Notes under the pieces: model-generated
Told to the model about the DNA's origin: nothing
The model's database searches: none
The model's input: the letters and a program-made list of their open reading frames with translations, nothing else
Program-made: the position numbers and the translations under genes
Shown: in pieces, positions 33,015 through 44,839 of the stretch
Layout of the letters: every line of letters starts with the position of its first letter
How positions within the stretch are numbered: the first letter of the stretch is position 1
NCBI GenBank assembly: GCA_964270895.1
Contig: OZ185442.1
From: Podarcis filfolensis
Lineage: Eukaryota
Length of the DNA: 64,000 nucleotides
Strand: one strand, 5' to 3'

Positions 33015-34777
33015 ATCTTCCTCCTGCACCCCATCCCTCAGCTCCAGCTCCTGACGTCTGGGGCTCTGGATGGGAAAAACTAGCATGTCACTCATGGACC
33101 CAGTCTTACTTTAGTAGTTTTTGCTTCTTGGTACCTTTTTCCTTCACCCAAAAATACTGTTTAGTTTGAAAGATGAACAAATAGATGGCCTGATGGCCTC
33201 TGTGGGGAAGGGGCCTCCAAACCTACTGCTTGGAGTCTTTTCCTTTTCCCAATATATTGGTCCTGCAGTTCACATCTGCTAGTTTAGACAAGAGGGAGCA
33301 CGCAGAGTTCCTCTCAGGTCACTGGCCCTTTTCATAGCCTGGACTGGCAAGTGACCCAAGCATTGAAAAGCTGGACAGGCCAGTAGAAAAAGAAAGGGGG
33401 AAGAAAAAGAAGAAGCAAACTCTAGCAAACTGACAACTATTTGGCTGGCTTTTGATGGTTTTATTCTCATGGCTGATAAAGTGTATGGATCAATATAGGC
33501 GCCTACTTCTGAGCGCTTTGCTCGAGTAAATATTGACACCCCATTCCGAGACCCCTTTGCACATCAAAGAGAGGTGTAGAACTCTGGAGTGCCAATCATA
33601 TATGATTTTTGTTATGGGTAAGATACTACTGAGTGTGTGTGTGAGAGAGAGAGAGAGAGCGTGCGCGAATATGGAATGGAAATAAGGCACTTGGTCCTCA
33701 GTAAAGAGTACCTAGCACTGTTTGTTTTTGATCATGTAAACAGAGCTCTGGTAAAACTAAAACAGTGACATGCCTTCTCTGGCTGGGCCAAGCAGGTCAA
33801 AGGAGCAACTTCACAAGACAGTGTGAAAAGACTGTGCAAAATATATGGGCTTTCTTCCTTCCTTTTTACACTTCCTTCCCAAGGAAGGAAGAAAGATTAG
33901 CATTGTCACCATGACAGTAGCCATAAAATCTGAATTGGGAGATGCCAGGGACAAGTTCATGCTCCCCCTAACAGTTTGGTCAGCAGCTTCTTTAGAACAT
34001 GCATGAAGCTGCATTACTCAATCTTTCTAGCCACCTGGCCATGACTGGATTTTGTTAGGGGGCCTTACCATCGCCTGCTACTTGATCCTTTGAGCTGAAG
34101 ACTTCAGGGCTTGAACTATGGAATGTTCTGCGTGCTGAATATGTACTTTAAAACTGCTATGCCCTTCTCTTCCCAGAAGAGCATGACACTCTTTTTCCCT
34201 GTTGCATGGGCTTTTTTGGGATGGTTTGAAGGGCCATTTTCGAGGAGAGGGCAAGGCTTAGCAGGCCATGGCTCCTTTCCTCAAACAGTGTGATGCCCTA
34301 TTGCAGGGGTGGGGAACTGAGAGCTGAATTTGGCCATTCAGGTCTCTCTGTGTTCCCCTTGGAACTCTCCTCAGGCTGCACATTGCACTGGCCCTCTGCA
34401 CTATTCCATTAGTGCTGTTGCCTGCTTAGAGGGTGTTCTTGAACTCTGATAATAATACCTCTTGCTTGTCTGGATGGAGAGATGTGTGTCTAAAAACCAC
34501 TGACTTTTATGTGTCTGGGATGCAGCCTACTGTACAGGTAATCCATTGCTCTGCTGCTTTAACCCAGATGCTGCTGTTCCACACCTCTTTGTGTTTGTGT
34601 TTGGCACTTGGAGAAGGTTAAACAGCACCTCTCAAAGGTCTGGATTTAATTCATCGTCCACTGCTTGCTGACCCTTATGCTAGCAACTGTCTGAGATTTC
34701 AGTGGTCTCAGCTTTTGAGAAGCTTGGAGTATAGGGCTTTACTTTTACCACCCCCTCCATTTTTTTTTGCATTCCGT

Positions 34778-34803
34778 TTCTGAGAAAAATATTTTCCCGG
34801 GAA
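34778..34803. promoter_or_regulatory. Tandem STAT-type palindromes (GAS-N3 plus N4)
   Basis: TTCTGAGAA (34778-34786) and TTCCCGGGAA (34794-34803), 7 bp apart, in non-repeat DNA. Motif match only. Confidence 0.4.
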
Positions 34804-35886
34804 GCCTGTTGGAACTCTGTTGCTTTTCTTTTCAAAAAGCACCATCAAACTTGCATTCCGAGAGCTGTGAGGAGTTTTGTCAAGTTTTTCGGAAAAGAAG
34901 CATGATGCTTGAAGTATGGAATTTGTCACATTTTAAAGCAGACGGAAGGAGAAGCCCCGTTCCGTGTCGCACAGGTCCTGGCTGAGCAGAATGTCCTGGT
35001 CTGTTTTTTCTTTCAGTGAAAAAAAAGAGAGCTACTGTTATTCTTCTCTCTCTCTCAATCCCTGCGCTCCCTGCCACCATCTCTTTAAAACAAAACTTGA
35101 ATATTTTGGATTATTAGTTTCCAGCCCTGTTGTGAACTGGACTACACATGGCCAGATTTCAGTAGGAAGAACTCAGTTTATCTGTACTTGAATGTCTTGC
35201 AGTTCTTTGCAGTGATTCATATATTCCATTCATGTGAAATTCAGTGTGAATGGATGCTGATGTGGTAGGCTCTGCATGTGTATGAGTTTAGAGTAATAAA
35301 GTTCTAAATGTGCTGAAAGTTTATTCACAGTGGTGAACTCTAGGTGTTTTCTAGCCTCTATGCTTTGGCATTGCTTCAGCATAGCAAGCCTGGTCGTGAG
35401 GTCCCTCTCCTTTCACACACTAACTGCATACACACTCTCTTTTGACAAATTTCCAAATTGTGAGGAGAGAACTTCAGCAGCTGTTGGCTTCTGATCTCTT
35501 AGCATAGTCTTTTATCAGCATTTTGGCCTCCCCTCCTGAGGAATGCATGGCATTATGCTTAGGTGACCCTCATAGGTTCCAGACTATGCCCTTTGTGCAG
35601 TCCACATCTGGTGTCTTAGAGCCAGCCTTTAAAAGACCAAAATTTCTGGTGTACCTTTATCTTCTTCCCTTTACTTCACCTTCTCAAGCCTGGTTCGCAT
35701 GTCGCGCTAAGGCAAATCATGGCTTGGTGTCAGGACCACGCAGAGCTTGTCTGAGGCCTGTTGTGGGAGTCTTGTTAGAATAAAGCTATGAACTCAAACA
35801 AAAATGCAGCTGGTCCCTGGCGGGCTGGCTTAGCCCTCCGAGGCCCAGGGCAAGTGTACCTGGCTGCTCCCCACCCTGCGTAGCCT

Positions 35887-36232
35887 CAGTGTTAGAAACT
35901 GAGATATGAAAGCTAGGAGCTAAATGGCACCTTAAACCTAGGTCATGGGTGCAGCAATGAAATGTCCAGGCACGCTTTTTTATAACAAGAATACAAAGGC
36001 ATCTAAAATGTTATGTTCATTTTTCACGTGTTCTGGTCCTTCCCCTGCCCACCTCCCTAATATTCTTAAGAGGGTCTCTTCTCCAGTCTTCAGAGAGTAG
36101 CTGGAAGCGGGGAAGCAGAAAAAGTCCTCCTTTCCTTCCACTTCAGTTTTAATCTGAAATCTTAGGCGCAGTACTGCGCCCAGAGCTCAGAAACTGCTTG
36201 CGCTAATGAAATTCCCTGTCACAAAATGCACC
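35887..36232 (+). mobile_element. hAT MITE family C, 3'-truncated copy
   Basis: CAGTGTTAGAAACTGAGATATGAAAGCTAGGAGCTAAATGGCACC... is colinear with 58753-59110. Confidence 0.88.
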
Positions 36233-36239
36233 TACTTTG

Positions 36240-36465
36240 CCTCTGTGTTCACCCAAAAGGGAATCGGTGCCCAACCTGGTGGTAACAATAAACAATGCAA
36301 GGAGGGAGCTGCAGCCCAGGATAGGAAAAGGGGTGGTAAGGGAACGCTTAGCTACTTTAAATGAATTCAGATCTCCAGGGCCTGATGAACTGCTCTCAAG
36401 GATACTAAAGGAGCTTGCAGATGTAATCTAAGAACCTTTATGTATAATCTTTGAGAATTCTTAGG
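36240..36465 (+). mobile_element. CR1 LINE ORF2 internal fragment
   Basis: Translation LATLNEFRSPGPDELLSRILKELADVI matches the CR1 KSPGPDG.HPR.LKELA motif. Confidence 0.88.
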
Positions 36466-36680
36466 AATTTCTGCAGGTGACAAGACTTCTCTCACTTTCC
36501 ATGTATTCTGCTATTGTTAGATATCTTACCCACCTTTCACCAAGAGATCTCAGAGCAATTTTCTGCATTTCCTTAGTGATCTGCATGCATGGATGCACTT
36601 GAATATGCATTTGTATGTGTCCAATTGTAAGTCCTTCCCCACCCCATAAAAGGTAATTGTAAGTCCTTCCCCACCCCATA

Positions 36681-36910
36681 AAAGGTAAAGGACCCTTGAC
36701 AGTTAAGTCCAGACATGAATGACTCTGGAGTTGCGGCGCTCATCTCGCTTTACTGGCCGAGGGAGCCAATGTTTGTCTGCAGACAGTTTTTCTGGATCAC
36801 GTGGCCAGCATGACTAAGCCGCTTCTGGAGAAACCAGAGCAGTGCCCAGAAACACCGTTTACCTTCCCACCAGAGTGGTACCTATTTATCTACTTGCACT
36901 TTGGCGTGCT
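36681..36910 (-). mobile_element. Sauria-type SINE, 5'-truncated
   Basis: Tail AAAGGTAAAGGACCC; body GCGGCGCTCATCTCGCTTTA and CCTATTTATCTACTTGCAC; 14-bp TSD TTCCCCACCCCATA at 36667-36680 and 36911-36924. Confidence 0.95.
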
Positions 36911-37977
36911 TTCCCCACCCCATATCCAAGCCTAATTCAAGAGTGTGAAGAGGCAACAAGAGGAACTCTCATAGTCCCAGCAGTTCCCTTTCATGTATAT
37001 CTGAGTTTGTGTAATGCTGGCTTCTTATCACGAGATGAACTTCATGCCTTACATTCTAAGTCTTCAGTGCAAAACTATCCCTGTGTTCGACCCTTTCTAG
37101 TAATCCCTGTTTTCTTGGGTCATATGCGTGCTGCATTTTACATTTCTTGCCAATGCTGCAGTACTTTATACCCCCAATATTATTAATATAGTGCTATCTA
37201 TGTACATGGCATTAAGTATGAGGACAGGCCCTGCCCTGAGGGATTTACAGTTTATAAATTTACAAAGGCAGATGATACAGGACAGGGGGAAGGAAACTGA
37301 GACGGGGTAAAAATGGGAAGAATATGCAGATCTTTCAATTACATGTATTAAGGCTTGGCTACGGTTTGGAATGAGGACTAGGAGGTTGTGCCAAAGGGAG
37401 AGAGATAAATGTCCCTCTTTGAAACTTTTAACAATTGGGATGTCTTTGACTATGTGTGTGTCCAATTTCAACTTTCAGAATGATGTGGAAGTACTTTGAT
37501 ACCCACATGAAATTCAAGCAACTTTATGTTTATTGTTGCACAAACTGTCACAGGATCAAGCACAACAAACATATTTTCAACAAAATGTTACTGCAGATTA
37601 ATTCTCTTCAAGGTTTGACTTGACCTGTGATGGGAAATAGTATGGCTAAGTTTTGCTGGGAAGTCTGTCAGTATAGATCTATGTAACTTTAGACGAGGTT
37701 TGCCAAGGGAGAAAAACAGAAGAGCCCACTCTGCTCCTGTGCCTGTTACAGAGCGTTGAGATACAGAAATCAGCCAATGTAAGGGAGCTTTTCATGGCAT
37801 TGAGATCATCTGCTCTTTGCTCCAGATCAAACAGCTGCTAAAGGGGCATTTATAGGAACTGGCTAAATAAATTACAGCTCTGGTTTTGACTGAAAGATGA
37901 GAGTGAGGTATTCGTAGTTCTTCTTGCTGCAGGGTTTTAAATCCTTGTTTGCAAAATTCCAATTTTAAAAGGCGATA

Positions 37978-37980
<3 letters not shown>

Positions 37981-38024
<44 letters not shown>

Positions 38025-38058
38025 ACACCCACACACCCACATCCACACCCACACCCCA
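37981..38058. repeat. (CT)n plus (CACACC)n microsatellite
   Basis: Read directly from the sequence. Confidence 0.95.
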
Positions 38059-38414
38059 CTTTACAAATGTTCGCTATGCAAAAATTAACTTATCCAGACA
38101 TGAGGAATAGTGTACCCAAACCTTGCAATGCTGACTACAGATTCATATATCTGAAGAGAGAGCATTTTTACTACCTTGTTTGCTTTTTACTGGTTGGCTG
38201 AGGAATGGAGGGAGGAGGAAAAGTGATTGGACAAATTAGAAAGCATTTTTTTATTATTTTTGGAGTCAGAAATCTGTGGCCGGGAACGCATTAGAAAATT
38301 TCACATAGGAATTAATGGAAATTAATGATTCCTTTTGCACATGCTTGCCTAACAAACCATTTCCAAGGAACGCATTGTGTTCAGTAAGCAGGACCTGCGT
38401 ATATATATTGTACA

Positions 38415-38604
38415 AGGAACTTCGGAAGCTGCTTTACACTGAGTCAGGCCACTGGTTCATTAAGCTCAGTATTATCTACACACTGATTGGTAGTGTTTTA
38501 GGCACAGGTTTTTTTCAGCCCTACAGGGAGATGCTGGAGATGAAACCTGGGATCTTTTGCATGCAAGATAGTTGCTTCATCACTGAACTATGGCCCTTCC
38601 CCTT
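38415..38604 (-). mobile_element. tRNA-derived SINE (ATGTTCCT-type tail family)
   Basis: GGAAC.TCGGAAGCTGCTTTACACTGAGTCAG...GAAACCTGGGATC..TTGCATGCAA...CACTGAACTATGGCCCTTCCCC. Confidence 0.8.
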
Positions 38605-38794
38605 CCATTTTGGCCTACAATGCCTGCAATTCCTGACCATATTGGTCCATATTGTCTGGGACTGTTGAAGGTTGTAAAATGCTGGAGAGCACTAAGCTGG
38701 GGAAAGCTGAAATAGACTGTTACAGGAGCTGAAATGTTGGAGAATTTCTATGACTGATCACAGTGGCTGATCGCAGAGTGCAAGACCCACGGTG

Positions 38795-38810
38795 CTCTCT
38801 CTCTCTCTCA

Positions 38811-38846
<36 letters not shown>

Positions 38847-38868
38847 GAGAGAGAGAGAGAGAGAGAGA
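38795..38868. repeat. Compound microsatellite (CT)n(CA)n(GA)n
   Basis: Read directly from the sequence. Confidence 0.95.
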
Positions 38869-39210
38869 TAGTTTGCTGCCCACAAGTCCTATTGATGCAG
38901 CCACCACTCCTGTCACACAAAGTTTTTGCCATTGAGTTGACGAATGCAGGTGCCAGCTGGTGGTACCTAGGGACCAACTCTGTTTGGTGGCTTCTAGTTG
39001 CCAATCTGTATTGTGGCATTAATTATTTTAAGCTCATGGCAATGTCAGAGTGAAACCATAACTTGTCTGTGGAAGGTACATCCTATTTTAAAATGTACAA
39101 AAGATAGATCAGATTCAATTGCATGTGCCACCAGATGGCACCGTTATCTTCCAAATTCTTGTGCTGCTTCTTATTACGAAAGCTCTATTCTTGCTGTGCT
39201 TTGTTTAGAT

Positions 39211-39350
39211 CGGGAATAGGGAACCTGTGGCCCTCCAGATGTTGTTGGGGTCCAGATCCCATCAGCTCCAGCCAGCATGGCCTAGTGGTATAAGAGAGAA
39301 TAGGAGCTGCATAGTCCAACATGTGAAAAGCTGCAGGTTCTCCATTCCTG
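39211..39350. mobile_element. Family B palindromic hAT MITE
   Basis: CGGGAATAGGGAACCTG / CAGGTTCTCCATTCCTG; flanks GTTTAGAT and GTTTAGAC (7/8 match). Confidence 0.88.
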
Positions 39351-39495
39351 GTTTAGACAATGAACATACAAAGGAAACTGGCAGTAGTCTTAGATAAAAT
39401 GGTCTCAGGACATCTTGCTGGTGTGACCACAGATCAGACCTCTGGATGATTCAAAGTGTGTTCTCTACTGCTGGGCTATGTCCCACTCCCTGTAT

Positions 39496-39724
39496 CAGTG
39501 GTACCTCCGGTTATGCACTTAATTCATTCTGGAGGTCCATTCTTTAGCCAAAACCGCTCGTAACATGAGGTGTGCTTTCGCTAATGGCACCTCCCGCTGC
39601 TGCTGGTGCGCAACTTCCGCTTGCATCCCAGGGCAAAGTTTGCAACAAGGGGCATCTCCGGGTTAGCGGAGCTCGGAACTCGCAGCATTCACATGGAGGA
39701 TGTACGTAACACGAGGTTCCACTG
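39496..39724. mobile_element. Tigger-like MITE, copy 3 (divergent subfamily)
   Basis: CAGTGGTACCTCCGGTT...ACGAGGTTCCACTG|TA. Confidence 0.85.
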
Positions 39725-40157
39725 TATGTGATAATAAGAGGCCAAGAATTTTGAGAGTTTTACACAGGAGATAAAAAGTGTCATTTGTTTTCAGGATTGC
39801 AAAATGCCTGTTTATTGTATTTATCTTGGAAGGTTGATTAGACATTTGCTTTTTAAGCCTCGCTTCTTTTCCCTGCGTATTTGGAACCCATTGCATGTTT
39901 TTAAAATTCCAGAATATTTGATAAGTCGCTAAATCATTTGTTTGACAACTGCTAGATGTTTATAGGCCTTGGGTGTCCCATAAACTTCCATTTAGAAGGG
40001 TGAGGAACATAAGATGCTGCCTTTTACTAAGTCAGATCATTCGTCCATCTAGCTCAATGTCAACTAGAAACACAGGAGGGAGCAGCTTTCATCAGACAGA
40101 AGTTTTTCCCAGTATTTTCTGGAAATGTCAGGAAGGTGGTGTTACACTCACGACTTA

Positions 40158-40518
40158 AGGTAAAGGTAAAGGTACCCCTGCCCGTACGGGCCAGTCTTGA
40201 CAGATTCTAGGGTTGTGCGCTCATCTCACTCTAGAGGCCGGGAGCCAGCGCTGTCCGCAGACACTTCCGGGTCACGTGGACAGCGTGACAAGCTGCATCT
40301 GGCGAGCCAGCGCAGCACACGGAACGCCGTTTACCTTCCCGCTAGTAAGCGATCCCTATTTATCTACTTGCACCCGGGGGTGCTTTCGAACTGCTAGGTT
40401 GGCAGGCGCTGGGACCGAGCGACGGGAGCGCACCCCGCCGCAGGGATTCGAACCGCCGACCTTTCGATCGGCAAGTCCTAGGCGCTGAGGCTTTTACCCA
40501 CAGCGCCACCCATGTCCC
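40158..40518 (-). mobile_element. Sauria-type SINE, full length and young
   Basis: Head GGGAC...TGGCGCTGTGGG and perfect B box GGTTCGAATCC (40444-40454 on -). (TTTACC)n tail. Perfect 12-bp TSD ACTCACGACTTA at 40146-40157 and 40519-40530. CpGs largely retained. Confidence 0.97.
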
Positions 40519-42089
40519 ACTCACGACTTACCTGCTTGCAAATTGTGTGCACGACCACTGAGCAACAATCCTTCTCTTGTTGTCTCTCAGGATTGGCACC
40601 ATTTCTTTTAACGAAGTCACCCCTACCTGACAAATAGACTACAAGGTGAGAGTTTCAGTGAATGGCTGAGAGCAAGATCATATATACAAATAGGAAGCTC
40701 ATTCTCTGAGTGTCCATCCTTATGTAGCAAAAAAGGCACCATCCATGCACAAGTGGGAGGTGTCAGCAGGCTTAGGGAACTCCAGGGTTTGCAGAGGGAG
40801 GGAAGAAGCTCCAAAACAGCCCAATGAAGACTGTGCATGCTCAGTGCGTGTGGAATTGTTGCTGTTGGAGACTAAGAATGGAAACCAAGGAGGAAGAGGG
40901 CAGGTAGTGGAATGGCACTGCTGCCGGAACCCTGAACTGGAGCATGCCACCACAAAGCAACATTTTCTTGCAGGTCCTACTTATAAACCCTTTAGGATAG
41001 ACAGTGATGAGCTTCTGCAAACCGTGAGTAGTTCAGCTTTCTGGTTGCACGGCATCAGTGCATATTTCATGAACAGAGCAGGTAGCAAGCTACAGTTGGT
41101 GGTGTATATGGTGTATAGGCAAAGCTGAATTTTTGCACATCTAGATAAAACAACAGTACAAACAAAAATGCATTGTGTTCATTCTCCATAAAGTTGTTAG
41201 GGTGTGTGATACAAAGTACAGCGTGGGGGTAACAGGAAGTTGGTGGAAATCTTTCACTCCCTCCATGAAGGAGAGTAACCTCTGCCAGAGGAAAAATATG
41301 AAATCACTTAAGTTTTGGGAGAGGAGTGTGGGCATGTAATGGTTCAGCTGCCCCCTCACAGCCATGTTCCTTTTAACTGCCTTGCCCCACCCACTAGGGA
41401 ATTTAGCAGTGAATCAGCCCTGCAGATACCATCTAGTTTGGCCCTTTATCACAGAGCATTGGGTAACAGTCCCTGTTGGCAAGGCTTTGAATTAGGATTT
41501 CCTTTCTTTTAAGCATAGCATTCTTTATAGGAAAGTTAAGTATAGTAATAGCACCACCTGCTGACAGACACTTACTGCACACTGTACTTTAATGCACTTC
41601 ACTTCTTTGTAATGAGCTGCCATTTACTTGATTAAAGAGTCTCTGGGTGATGTAATGGGGGAAAGAAGATATATCATTGCTTGTTGCAAGGGGTTTAATT
41701 GCTGCTGTATAAGCACTATGGCGCAAAGGAATCAAAATCAGTTTCTGCTACCCTGCATGAGAATTTCACTGGACCTACACTAAACTATGGTTGAGCATTC
41801 TTTACATGAATGAACCTCAGGCTTGCATTCTCCTTCACCCCTCCCTCTTTTACACTTGTGTGACTGTGAGAAGAAGACTGAAAGCTTCTCCTTCCACTTT
41901 TAGTAAAGCACATTTCCCCTCCCAGAGAATCCTAACTAACTATAGTTAGTTTAGGGTGCAGTTACCAGGATTCCTTTTATGGGCACAGTATAGCCAGGAA
42001 TATAAACTATGGTTTGACCCTGGCTTGTTTGATATACTCATAGTTGAAGTTACCCTTAGTTTGGGCACAGTGGCTACAGGCACATGTCA

Positions 42090-42360
42090 CTCTAGGCCAT
42101 AAATCATGGTTTGCTATGCAAAATGTACAAAACTTTACTGCTCCCAATTTGTGCTTGGGAGAAACAAACTATGATCCCTGGCTTAGCATTATGTCTGAAC
42201 CAAGGATTGTAATTTGTTGCACTCCAAACAAAGCACGATGATAAACCAACATTTGTTCTTGGCTTATCAACTGTGGTTTGTTTGTTTGAATGAAACAAAC
42301 CATGATCCATGGTTCGCCAGGGATTGTGGCTTGTTTTTCTCCAGCATGAGTGTGAAGCTG
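42090..42360. mobile_element. AAACCATGGTTT-motif repeat (probable decayed MITE)
   Basis: Many AAACCA/TGGTTTG and ATCATGGTTT motifs; a similar block lies at 46745-47130. Confidence 0.5.
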
Positions 42361-44311
42361 TGAAGCAGGCACAGTCAGCTCATGCAGTGAGTGATGGTTC
42401 ACAGATTACTGTAATATGTAAATAAATTTATATATGTAAATGCATAATATGGACCTCTGGTTATTAAAGCAGAAGCAGAAACCTCCACTCTGCTGACAAC
42501 CACAGCAAAACAACAGGACGTGGGGAGTCTTTGTTAATGTTTTTAAGTTTATGACAATGTGCACACACACACACACACAAACACACACACCAGTTGTAGG
42601 GCATTTACATTGCATGCACATCTACTCAGTAAGTTATTGGGAATTACTACCAATTAAGTATGCAGAAGATTGGAGTCTGAATTACCAATTCCAAACGTGG
42701 GTCATTCCAGGCTACCTTTATAGATGCCTGTTCAAACAATAGCTGAAAGGAAAACACATTGAACTCATGATTTGCAAAAATGAGGTGCCATTTCTTTAAA
42801 TGGACTTTGCCTGATATAAATTCAGCTGTAATGTAATGAGGCACTTATGTCACCATTCTAGGCTGGGATACTGAAATTCATCTTGATTTGACAGCCATAA
42901 GGATACCCCTTGTCTCTTCATGGCTAAAATATTTATAAAGCACAAATATTAAGGAAAATGATTTGTTTGTTCTCTCACATCCATTCTTTGAAATTTTGGT
43001 ACATGACCGCAAAAAAGTTATCCTAAGGTGTTTTCTTCATTAGGAGCCCTGGATTTCTCAAGTACATTTTTGGCAGGGACAAAACAGGAGGTTCTTCTTC
43101 GTTTTATTCTTCTTTTTCACTCTGTTGACCATGTTATGAGGAAGCTCGGAAATCCTCTATTATATTCTTAACAAGCTGGGAGTTTTAAATTTTGACTACT
43201 GTAAAAAAAAAAAAAGTACCATGCTGAAAGGTATTGCAGAAGAATTAGATTGGCAGTTGCATCTTTGGTAACGGCAACTAAAATCAGGGTGAATATTTTT
43301 CAAAGCAGTGGTAGCTGATTTTGTTATACTTGTAGCTTTTTGATAACAAACTGGTGTTGTTGTTTTTTAAGAAGAAAGATTTGACTTAATACCAATTCAT
43401 AAGTTAGCTTAATTTTCTCCCAATGCTAAAACCATTGCAGTTTGTTGTTAACACTTTACAGTAATAAATTTCAATTTTATATAACTTGCATTTAATGGTG
43501 TTTTGTAAAGTGCTTTTAAAAAATGTAGATCTCATTTGACCATATTAATATTTTTGAAGTTTGTGGTTAATTTACAGAATGTTTTGCTGAGTATTGTTCA
43601 GTTCAATTAAGCTGCAATGGCCTGTAGCTAAATAATAAAGACTGATAGGTTGCTTGCCCCCCCCCCCAAAAAATGAGAGACAGTTGCCTTGTTTCTTTTC
43701 CCTACTCTACAGGAAGTCTGGGCATGGCTCATTGTTTGTTATAAAAACCTTTTCCAAGGGATTTGCACTACAGAATTAAGTGGAATCCATATTATTGAAA
43801 GGTTCTTTAAATTAAAAGTAGGATTGGTTGCATACAGAAATGGCTGAGGGGTTGGATACAGTCATTAGTAACACCCTCTTTCTGCAGAATAGAGCTAGGA
43901 ATGGGTGATTCAGTCTAGTTCTGGTCCATGTCACCTTTGCATGTGTTAAGCCATTAGTCCACTCTGTCCAGGAAGTATTGTGGGAGTGTGACTCTGTGGT
44001 GCCACTTTCTTGCAGTTCTATTACTTACTCATTAATCAGTTTTAGAAGGTAGTTATTGAGGACTTTTGTTAAGTGGTACTGTATTTTATGCTCTATACTC
44101 TTGAATGTCTTCATGAAACCACAGGGAGAATTCCATATTTTGCTGAGTTGTCCTCAACATGTTAAGTGCATGAACTATATTAGTTATTTTAATCTAGTAG
44201 TGACAGTGTTGGTTTTCAAAGTGTTGGTTTTGACCTACACAGCTTGGGACCAGCACAACTGAAGGAGTTTTCTTCTCACATGAACTTGCCCTATCTTTGA
44301 GATCATCATCT

Positions 44312-44578
44312 GAGAAGAAGAAGAAGAAGAGGAGAAGGAGGAGGAGTTTGGAATTGATATCCCGCCTTTCACTCCCGTTAAGGAGTCTCAAAGTGGCTAA
44401 CAATCTCCTTTCCCTTCCTCCCCCACAACAAACACTCTGTGAGGTGAGTGAGGCTGAGAGACTTCAGAGAAGTGTGACTAGCCCAAGGTCACCCAGCAGC
44501 TGCATGTGGAGGAGCTGGGAAGCAAACCCGGTTCACCAGATTACGAGTCCACTGCTCTTAACCACCACACCATGCTGG
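44312..44578 (-). mobile_element. tRNA-head MIR-like SINE, full length, (CTT)n tail
   Basis: Reverse complement CCAGCATGGTGTGGTGGTTAAGAG...GGGTTTGCTTCCC...GTGACCTTGGGCTAGTCAC...GTTAGCCACTTTGAG (L2-like tail). Resembles the Squam3-type SINE; that name is recalled, not verified. Confidence 0.9.
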
Positions 44579-44839
44579 TTCAGAGGTTACATGAGTGGTG
44601 ACTGGGGACAGGGTCTTTTGTGGTGTCACCACATTGTGAAATACGAATACCACCAGCAGTGACATTTATGTGGTTGTCTTTTAAGCAGCAATTTAAAATA
44701 TTTTTTTACTTCAAGCATTTGATAGATGATTTATTTTCTGCTGGTTTGTTGTCTATTTTATTTTAAAGGGATTTTGTGGGATATTTAGCTACTGTTCTTT
44801 GTATTTAATTGTTTTAATGTAATCTGCCTTGAAAGTGGG

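Noticed and set aside
35570-35600. RFQTMP peptide resembling the LINE at 61012-61465
   Set aside because: Only six residues, and the flanks do not continue the similarity.
41000-41130. Box C/D snoRNA (GTGATGA...CTGA); similarly 52681-52822
   Set aside because: No terminal stem, no recognisable C'/D' boxes or rRNA guide; these short motifs are expected by chance.
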